Shown here piece after piece: positions 55,601 to 64,000 of a stretch of DNA of 64,000 nucleotides (positions are counted from its first letter, which is position 1; each line of letters starts with the position of its first letter). The stretch is from assembly GCA_015680685.1 (NCBI GenBank), contig MNCI01002748.1:5854-69853 (forward strand). The letters run 5' to 3'. Made by a program: the position numbers and the translations under genes. Source of the stretch: Gnetum montanum. Lineage: Eukaryota > Plantae > Gnetophyta. The notes below the pieces were generated by a model, which saw only the letters and a program-made list of their open reading frames with translations, did not search any database and was not told the DNA's origin.

Positions 55601-58600
55601 GTTTCAATGAAGCAAAAAATTCATTTAAGGATGAAAATTTTCTTAGAATTTTCAAGTCATCGATAACATCCAAAGTCCCTAGACAAAGGTTTTCTTTTTT
55701 CATTTAAATTTTGAATTAGGAAACGTTTATAGATTTTGAACATGGAACATCTTTTATAGGCTTTTCATGTCTGCACTATGTATAAAATGCTTTTTCTCTA
55801 GTACACCTACGATGCATTTCAACCTAACCTAGAAACAATGTAAAATGCTTAGATTGTAAATGTTAGTAAAAAATAAGAGTTACTGCCTGCTATTTCCTTG
55901 AATTATATCTTTTGTTTGCCAATTAGAAAGTATCTCTTTTATGTACACGAGCATTAGCCAGCTTCACATCTTTAATAGGCTTAATTAATGCTTTCACATT
56001 CCAATTGTGTCATTGATAAGTTTCTATTTTTCTGAGAGATATTTATATGTTTAATATTTTATGTCTTGTAATTAGAGTATGCACTTTTGTCACTGGCATG
56101 CATCTGGTCTAACGAACGCACAGTTCTGGCTTGTTCCTCTTTTAATAAAATCTCACCTACACTGATTTGTAAATGTGTTTATGTTGGTTAGCAATACTTT
56201 GTGTGGTTGCTTTTGAATACATAATATTTATTCTTAACTTGCATTATCTTGCAGATGAATCTTCAAGAGGAAGTCAGAAACCTGACAAGCAGGGTTTCAC
56301 ATTTCGAGACAAAGGTTCTATAGTTTACCATATGGCATAATGTTTAAAATGGATTAAAAAATAAATTCAGTGTCATACAAGTCTTGTTTTGAATTTGTCA
56401 CATGAGATTCTGAACACGTTAAGATGTGTCAGAAGCTTTTTCTTTTTGTAAAGGAATCCATAGAGAAAACCGTTGTTTGAATTTCCTTTGTGGTAGGGGC
56501 CTTTGTTCAACATTAAGATATCCTCATGTGATAGATGGTGAATGCTGCTTATCTGAAACATAATCTGAGTTAAAAAGATTTTTATACAATTGAATTGGAA
56601 TTGCTGCAACGGCCTCTAGTTCATGTACTACATGAACTAAGTTTTAGTTGCTATTTTTTAATGTTGCTATGCAATTCCTCTTATGTTGCAGTGAAGCATA
56701 CATATGAAAAAATTTGGAACCCTTATCCCTGAGAGTAAATCAGTTCATTTTAGATCGCTAACTCCATAGAAAAAATTGAAGCCCTTATCCCTCGAAAGTA
56801 AGCCAGTTCATTTTAGATCTCTAACTCTGGAGCTATCTTTCCTGATGTTGAATGCCATTTCTTGAAGACAGTTCATTTTGTTTTTGACCAATGCTGTGTT
56901 CAACCTTCCTTATACAAATGTATCTGGGCTTTTTCAATGTTCTGTAAACACCGATGTTTCCTCTGCTTTCAGTTTGAAATATTATATTGCATCCAAGTAA
57001 GGATCTTCTGTTTTAAATTTAATATTTTTTTGCAAATTCCTGTATTGAGGAGTACCCTACACATTGAGTTGTCCTTGCTGTTCTACAATCTGGTGTACAT
57101 TTGAAAAACCATGCCAGTACAGCTTCCGTTTGAAAATAGGCATTGGTTATTGTAATTCCTTTGTCTACTCAAGTAGAGGCCAATGATAAGAAGAGGCCAT
57201 AGTTAGTCTTTGAGCTTTTGCCAAGGAAATAAATCAAGCTGGTATCTGTCACCATAATGTGATTTAACTTGTTGATACAATCTTTGTTATGCCTCAAGTT
57301 TTTTCAAGTATACTCCCCTTGAAACACAGGAAGATCCACAAGCCCCAAGCTATAAATTGCCATTGAAAAATTCTCATTACCTGCGTTCCAAATTCTTTCA
57401 CCCCAGTTTTCTTAGAAGGAGGTAAAATGGTATTAAAATCTCCCAAAACATAAGAGGGGTTTACTAATAAGAGTGCAAAGATTAGGAAAATTTTGTCAGA
57501 ATGCTTTCTTTTCCTATAACCTCATTATACCAAAAACATTAGTAAGCATTCATTTCTCATCTATCTCAATAGCTATCGTGTTTGCATTTTATAAAAGCAG
57601 ACATATCTTGATATGTGAATGGCAAACTATCCAAATTTTGCCAAATCAATTTTGGGCTGCTTGGAAGGCACCATCCGAACAGACCCAGCAGGGTCAACAT
57701 GTGCCATCAAACAAACCAGCCACCCTCGTTAGAGATTCCAACCCACTCCAAGACAAGGTCCTAAGAGCTGTCCAAATGCAATCATGCATAAGCAAGAAAG
57801 CCCTACAGCTCAGCCACGAAAGCCTCAAACCCCAAACCCCAACCCCTAGACTCCTTAAGCAATATAAGACATGCCATAGCGACAAAGTAGCCCAACACTA
57901 GACCCTAAGCCAGCGAGTCACCGAACAATTGCTGCGGCTTCCCCTTAAGGATTCCCATGCCATCCCTATGCAGAGACTCCTCCCATACTTGACCCTTTGT
58001 CATGCGTTGCAATGTTTCTTCTGCATGCTGCTGCGCTTTTTGCTCTAGTTTGGCGTGGATATGGACCTGCAACTTGTTGCTCATGATTTGCTTTTGCATC
58101 TCCTCCCAGTGTATCCAGTTTTTGTGAGCCTCAACCTACAACTCTTCTCTCTATCATGTCGCCAGATACGCCATCCTTCGCAAGTCAGCTTCCTGTGCCT
58201 CCCATCGAGCCTCCCACTCCGCCTTTTCCTCCTCCCATGCTTGTGCAGCTGCCTCCTTGTTGGCTCTCCGCACAAGAGCCTCGATCTCAAGTTGCCTGGA
58301 AGACATATCCCACCTCACCAAAAAGGTTTTTTTACATACAATAATACTTTCTTCTTCTTTAAGCTTTGTCTCCTAAATGCACATTATATTAGAATTTTCA
58401 GAACACCAGCAATGTCGAATAGTGTCCTAATGTGAAAGGTTGTTTCCCAATAGCTTCAAAACACATACGTGTACTATGTGGAGGCTGCTTGTAATTAACT
58501 CTCAGCCAAGTACTTTGGCCAATATTTACTGGTCATAGCTTACCCAATGGGTGAGGTATCAATGGTGTAGGTGCTACCTTTGCTATTGGAATTGGAAAAT

Positions 58601-61600
58601 CATCCCACTCTCTCTCTGATCCAAAACATGTTTGAATGTCTCAAATTGGGGTTGGATCCTTTGCATAATACTCCTCATCATTCATCTGGTGAGGCTTGGG
58701 AATCGATCTCTTAGCCCTCTTCTTCTTTGGCTGCAAGTGCAAGACATGAGGACCATGCCACTTTGCTTATAAAGCGACCATTCCTTTGACAGTTCTTGGT
58801 TTAACATTGAAAATTCCATAGATGATTGGACAACCTCCAAAACGGCAAGTAACCCAGCTACACAAAACATTCTTCACTTCCTTAGCTATAAATAGCTGAT
58901 CTGACTATCCAACCACAGAATTGTGAATGTGCATTGTAGATCTGCATTAATGTCTTCTCCAAAAAGATCCGCATCAAGAGTTTGGTTGTAGAGCCTTCAG
59001 ATATGGCACACATATTACAACCCTGGATGAAAGACTAAACCCCTCAATGAAGGACCAAACTCTCACCTGCAAACCCATTCTGATCTCCTCTGCATTGATA
59101 TTATGTTAGTTACTAAAGCTGGCTGTTCTGCAATATAGGTATACCCCAAAATATATAACTCAGTATTGCCCACCAGAATTGAACCCATGACTTGGAGCTT
59201 CCAAATGAAGATTCTGAACAATATTTTTAATATACCATATAATAGTATATAGTCATTCTTAATATACTTTTTCTTGTGGCCCAAACTTCAGGAGAAGCAA
59301 TAGAACTTAAGATATTTGGTTTCTGATTTTGAGGCAGAAAGTTCAGGAATATTAGTAAGGCATTTGTAATGGACAGAGTTCCATTATTTATAACGATAAG
59401 GGTTTGTAGGCTTCTAGGAAAGCCTACATCGTTGTTTGTCTACTCTGATGTTTCTGATAAACGTGCTGTAAGAATACACTTATGTATAGAATTGTTAGAA
59501 ACCCATGAATCTAGTCGTATTACTATGACTTTGTTATTTGAGGATATTGAAAGTTGATTGTTAAAATTGCCTTCTGCTGCAGCCCAACCTTGAAGAGGAA
59601 GTTAGAGAACTCAGAAATAAAATTACCCAGCTTGAGATGCAGGTACAAGAATTAACACATATTGTAGTGGGCGATATTCCATATTTTTTTTTGCAATGCT
59701 GTTCTTTATTACAATGGACATTCATTTGAAAGTCTCTGCCACATTGTATTTCTGGCATCTGCTTTGTGATTTTTAGCACATATTATGTTTTATACAATGA
59801 CAGAATTGCAGAGTGTTAGAAAGCCTGAACTAGAAATTTATAGGAAATGATTAGTTTGAGGATGGTTAGGATACTGATTATTAATTCTGAACTTGGTTTC
59901 TTTCGCAGCCCAACCTTCAAGAGGAAGTCAAAGAGCTTAGAAATAAGAATTTTTTGCTTGAGGTGAAGGTAAAATGTTACAAATTTATTTGCCATGAAAA
60001 TATAAATGTTAATCTAGTAAAAGAATAATAAAAATAGAGGATCTGCTCTTTCTTTTAATATCAGTTTTAATAGAGTTCTGTATATCTTACCATAGCTAAC
60101 AGAAATCAGCTAGGGCTATCTGTCATATGATAATTTGTTTTATTCATTATGTTTTTGTTCCAGGGGATCGACTCTTACAGCATTACAGTTTATAATTACT
60201 TTCTGTAAATGTATTTAGTTATAATAAAGTTTCCCTGTGCTAATTCTTCTTTCTCTAATTTTAATTCTTATTTTTCTTTTAGATTAATCTTAAAGAGGAG
60301 GAAACAAAAGAGCTGAGAGACGTTATTTCTCGTCTTCCAAAAGCGGTACTTGAATTTCTAACATTCACAAGTAACATCAATCAAAGGAAATTGAAAAATA
60401 AATTTTAAATGTATTGTATTTTTGTGTTATCAAAGTTTCAATTTGTTTGTTCAATGTTGGAGATCAATTCTAGCTTGTCTGACTGATTAGTGAAGGGGAT
60501 GTTTGCCATTCTTTTTTTGATGCTTACAATTCAAGATTCTAACTAAACAAGGTTGGAAACGCGGGGAGGAATCAGTGAGGCATAACTTGTTTTGTAGGAC
60601 TACTGTCTTGCATCCCACAAGTCACATCTTTAGTTTCAACAGTTTACAGTGAGATGTAAATAGTGTCTGAAGTAGAAAATGCAGAAATTGAAGTTTTTCC
60701 AATAAATTGAATGGGCCTTCTTAGAGAAATAATAAACATTCTTTAATTTCTTTTTGAAAAAGTTCAGGAAGTATATTAATATAAAAATAACTGTACCAAA
60801 AATGGTCTGAAGGCCCTACACACCTGATTTTAGCCAACCACCCTCACAAGCAAAATCGGGTGAAGTCAACCCCCACCAACAACATCATGCTGGCTTGAAA
60901 AAGATGACAAAACCTCAAAAGGATGAAATAGGAAACAAAAAGCCAGAACTAGCACAACCAAACATGAAGTCAAAACATAGCAAACCGGCCACACAACCAA
61001 AGAGCATCACCCTTATAAACAGGTGGGAAGGCCAGAGCACTCAAAGTATGCCCTCTCCTCCTCATGGATAATATCTAGCGTATTCCTATGACATTCTGAA
61101 TCCACAAAATGAGCTACCTCCTAGAAATTTTTGAACTCCTCGGCTTTCCTCCGGCATTCCTCCTCCATGCCCTTACCATCCAAATGCAAATCTTTGCTGC
61201 TATGCTTGATGTGGTGCCGGAGTGCATGCCACGAAGTGCTACGCCCTATGTTCATAATAATGCAAGGGCACTGTCCCTGCCTTAGCCAAGCCTTGGCCTT
61301 TAGCACATGAGCTTGATCCAACCATTGTTCGATCATGGCTGCCTCCTGTTCCTCCTGCGCACATCTATCTTGATCTTCCTTTTCCTGGAGCTCTTGTAGG
61401 CGCACCTCCTCTTGGATTTGTGCCCATAGACCCTCCCACAGCTCCCTCTCTAGGGCTTCCCTAGCAGCCACCTTTGCCAAATCCCTCCTTCACTGCTCCT
61501 CTAGGTCCTGTTCCTATCACAGGTGCTCGACCTCTTCTTGTTGATGCAGAAAATCGATCTTGCGCTTAGCCAACATTGCCTGCCACCACTCCCGCTCCTC

Positions 61601-63106
61601 TGATCTGGCCTGCCTAACTGTCGCCTCCACCCCTTTGTTGAAAAAAGACCTTCGTGCATGCTGCCTCTTCCAATTGGCACCAAATTGCAGCCTCATGCTC
61701 ATCCCATCTTTTCTGCCAAAAAGCCCTTTCCTCTTGGCATGCCTGCAGTGCCGCTGCCTCAATCTCCCCCACTATCCTAGCATCCTGGCTTAGAATGGCA
61801 ATAGAGCCCAAACCTCCTGGCACACCATCAGAACCACCTCTCCCAGCTGAAACTTTCTAACTATAACATGTTCTTTTCAGTCAAAATCATCATTTGTTTT
61901 GAATGGATGGGTACTTTGTATTCCATATAATAACATAATACAAAATACAAATACTAGAGGGTCTTCTCTGGCCTCTGTTTCCTTTCATATATAGGAAGAA
62001 AAGTAATAGATTGGGCTTCTTGGCTCCTCCACTATTTTATCTTTGTAAACACAAACTTGTGTTGTACAGATTTTCTCTACATATAATGCAGCTTCATGAT
62101 GCCTTCACTATTGTTTGTTTGGAGCACACCCATGTTAGCTTGTTCTATTCACCCTATTGTAATTTGTGTACAGTGCATGCATGATTATCAGTGTTTTAAT
62201 GACCATTTTACTTAGTTTATTTGTCTACTCTAGTAATATGACCTAGGTGCTGAAGCTGATGTTTCTAATGATTGAATATTCGTTTGTTTCTGTGCATATT
62301 TCTGAGCATATTAATAGATTTCTCTCTTATCTGTGTTTGCAACTTCCTGGTGGTTTTGTATATCACTTTGATGTTTATGCTTTTTGTTTTCTTGTTGTCT
62401 ATGCATGTGTTTTATGGGCATCTCCTGTCAATTGCTTTGTGCTCCTCTCAATGAAACTAAAGCTTCTTTATCACATCCTAGAACTTAATGATCTAGTGGA
62501 CTAACTTGGGCAGTCTCATCTTGGATCAATAGAGACACAATCCTTTGAGGGCAAGCATGCAGAACATGTTCAAAATAACCAAAGCTCGTCAGTAATATTG
62601 ATGAGGTGATATCTTCATAAATTAAATGCCATGAAAACTATCAACTTACTTAAAATAGAAAATGAATTGAACATCAAATATTCTCTCAAGAAGTTCTTTC
62701 CCTATATCTTTTTCTTGACTTAGAACACTAGACTCTTTCTTCATATCTGTACCACAAATGCTGACATCTCAAATAGGCTACATGAGGTGATTTATTCCGG
62801 GATATTTCTAAAAATTTTTAACTTTTAGGGTAATGTGTGGATTTAGTGTATTGAAGTTTGCATCCACCTTTACATTTCTAAGTGATATTGAAGTTTGCCA
62901 GTTTCTAAAGAAAAGTATAGTTAATTTAGCTGCATACTGAAGTCTATCCTTTTATTCCAAAGTCTCTACTCTATAAAAATTATTATTTTTTGTTAGCTGA
63001 GTGATTTCTGCTGTCTCAAAATTTTATCTTAATGATTTTTAACCTGGTTCTTCTGCAGGAGGAAGTTAATGGCTTACAATTTACAATTGCTGATCTTCAG
63101 ACAAAG
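45665..63106 (+). CDS. spliced host gene, 3'-incomplete: basic N-terminus plus tandem 20-aa coiled-coil modules. Exons 45665-45865, 48458-48517, 48709-48768, 55339-55398, 56255-56314, 59583-59642, 59909-59968, 60283-60345, 63059-63106
   Basis: All nine exons have canonical GT/AG boundaries and all introns are phase 0. The joined frame is open (224 aa). Exons 2-9 are mutually homologous. No stop codon is reached in the window. Confidence 0.85.
48458..48517 (+). CDS. repeat exon 2, IKLQEELKELQNKILCLESK
   Basis: tcttcag/ATT...AAG/gtacac, 60 nt. Confidence 0.88.
48709..48768 (+). CDS. repeat exon 3, PNVQEELRDMQKKISVLEAK
   Basis: ttttgcag/CCT...AAG/gtatga, 60 nt. Confidence 0.9.
49438..49973 (+). 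repeat. 5' LTR of the Copia element
   Basis: Direct repeat of 54079-54602. Confidence 0.93.
54079..54602 (+). repeat. 3' LTR of the Copia element
   Basis: Direct repeat of 49438-49973, preceded by the PPT. Confidence 0.93.
55339..55398 (+). CDS. repeat exon 4, PNIEDDVRELGNKISDLQRV
   Basis: tgttgcag/CCT...GTG/gtacta, 60 nt. Confidence 0.87.
56255..56314 (+). CDS. repeat exon 5, MNLQEEVRNLTSRVSHFETK
   Basis: atcttgcag/ATG...AAG/gttcta, 60 nt. Confidence 0.85.
56707..56830. repeat. ~63-bp tandem duplication (2 copies) in intron 5
   Basis: AAAATTTGGAACCCTTATCCCT...CAGTTCATTTTAGATCGCTAACTC is repeated at ~56707 and ~56771. Confidence 0.8.
57100..59290 (-). mobile_element. cluster of decayed L1-type LINE fragments in intron 5
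   Basis: Minus-strand endonuclease-like remnants SLGLVDLPVFQGEYT*KN (~57300-57350) and SNIMCI*ETKLKEE (~58350-58395). RT-tail-like remnants YIFWGIPI (~59140) and HWVSYDQ*ILAKVLG (~58510-58550). An E/W-rich insert lies at ~57510-58320. Confidence 0.6.
59583..59642 (+). CDS. repeat exon 6, PNLEEEVRELRNKITQLEMQ
   Basis: ctgctgcag/CCC...CAG/gtacaa, 60 nt. Confidence 0.9.
59909..59968 (+). CDS. repeat exon 7, PNLQEEVKELRNKNFLLEVK
   Basis: tttcgcag/CCC...AAG/gtaaaa, 60 nt. Confidence 0.9.
60283..60345 (+). CDS. repeat exon 8, INLKEEETKELRDVISRLPKA
   Basis: Long pyrimidine tract, ttttag/ATT...GCG/gtactt, 63 nt (one extra Glu codon). Confidence 0.83.
60745..61860 (-). mobile_element. 5'-truncated retroposed (LINE-like) fragment with an E/R/W-rich helical ORF remnant and 3' UTR
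   Basis: GC-richer island with ORFs 61121-61480 and 61614-61823. The minus-strand end ...TAATATACTTCC...TTCAAAAAGAAA resembles a plant L1 3' end. Loose flanking direct repeat TAAACATTCTTT / TAACATGTTCTTT. Confidence 0.5.
63059..63106 (+). CDS. repeat exon 9 (5'-shortened), EEVNGLQFTIADLQTK
   Basis: ttcttctgcag/GAG...AAG/gtacct, 48 nt, aligning to positions 5-20 of the module. Confidence 0.8.
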
Positions 63107-63469
63107 GTACCTAAATCCTTGTAAAATAACATAGACTACGTCTTCAGTGTTACATAGACAACTAAATATAGGGGGTGATTTGTGATCCGCTTAATTTATT
63201 TGAAATGTACTTTCAAATACTTATCTAAATGCTGAAGAAACTGGTGTGGTCAAGATGGCAAGCAGTGATCAAAAAGTTAGGGAAAAAGGTATTCTTCAGC
63301 AGCCTAGGAAAAAGCCTTAATTTATTTAAAAATGAAAAGGTCGGAAAAAGAGTCAGTAATAAAAAAAACCTGAGAAATATTTATATTTTTAGTTTCTATT
63401 TCATTCAGATATTAAAAAAAAGATCTTGAAATTATAAAAAATTTTAAAAGCATTTAAAGTAAATTAACT

Positions 63470-64000
63470 AGTTAATATAAATGACGGGACATACATATCA
63501 ACACGAAAGAAACTATCTATATTCTATAAAGAATCACAAATAATCAATAACTCTATATTGACTACAGAAGACATCATTATCTTACAAAAGCTTCCTCCAG
63601 CTTTGCATATTTCCAGACAATCATAATGACGTAAAATTTGAAGAATAAGAAAATCATAGATTCATTGTGTTAGACCTTGGTTAAGGTTGACAGTGCTCAA
63701 TCATTCTTTTTGTAAAGTAGTTAAGTGAAGAGACAAAAGTTTTAAACCAAAATGTCATGTCCTCCTACGACGTATGTAAGACGTAAGTGAGATGTTACAG
63801 AAAGTGTATGAAGAGATATAAAGAAATATGTGGAATCGTATTCTGAGGGATGGTACTTTAGTACTTGAGTTGACAAAGAAAAGATCTAAATAGATTGTAA
63901 ACATGAGAAGCACAAGCTAGTAGGGAGTAAGGCAAGGGGCACAAAGTGAAGAACAAAGGAACTTAGGAGGAGATAAGTTCATAAGGAACGTACTTGATGG
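63470..64000 (-). mobile_element. possible highly decayed L1 ORF1/endonuclease junction fragment
   Basis: Purine-rich + strand like the L1 at 42.9-45.2 kb, with weak endonuclease-like remnants (YDFLILQ, RVDMYVPS). Confidence 0.25.

Noticed and set aside
62514-62605. 92-nt exon using the GAG/GTGATA donor
   Set aside because: The length is not a multiple of three, so it would shift the frame before exon 9.

Overview
Eukaryotic DNA, almost certainly from a large, heavily methylated land-plant nuclear genome (AT-rich, CG/CHG-depleted, plant LTR and L1 lineages). Bases 1-45.2 kb are nested, decayed transposons. They include the 3' end of a CG-rich Athila-type LTR (1-271) and a CRM/chromovirus-like gag plus LTR (272-2807). 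An old Tat-clade Ty3/Gypsy element with an extra RNase H is broken into pieces. Two full-length minus-strand Athila-type elements carry a second, env-position ORF: A at 7204-20474 with TSD AAGAT, and B at 29180-42463 with no TSD. There is also an unclassified ~7 kb segment with a ~150-bp tandem array and a decayed spliced gene (20658-27780), and an L1 LINE (42930-45185). From 45665 a host gene runs on the + strand and continues beyond the window. Its first exon is 201 nt (MGKNKKKKQN...). It is followed by at least eight homologous phase 0-0 mini-exons (six of 60 nt, one of 63 nt, one of 48 nt), each encoding one coiled-coil module of consensus PNLQEEVRELRNKISxLExK. These exons are spread over 15 kb of introns filled by a complete decayed Ty1/Copia element (49438-54602, TSD GAAAC) and L1 fragments. 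The ORF track misses this mini-exon array, which is the most interesting structure in the window. All alignments and translations were done by eye, with no database searches.
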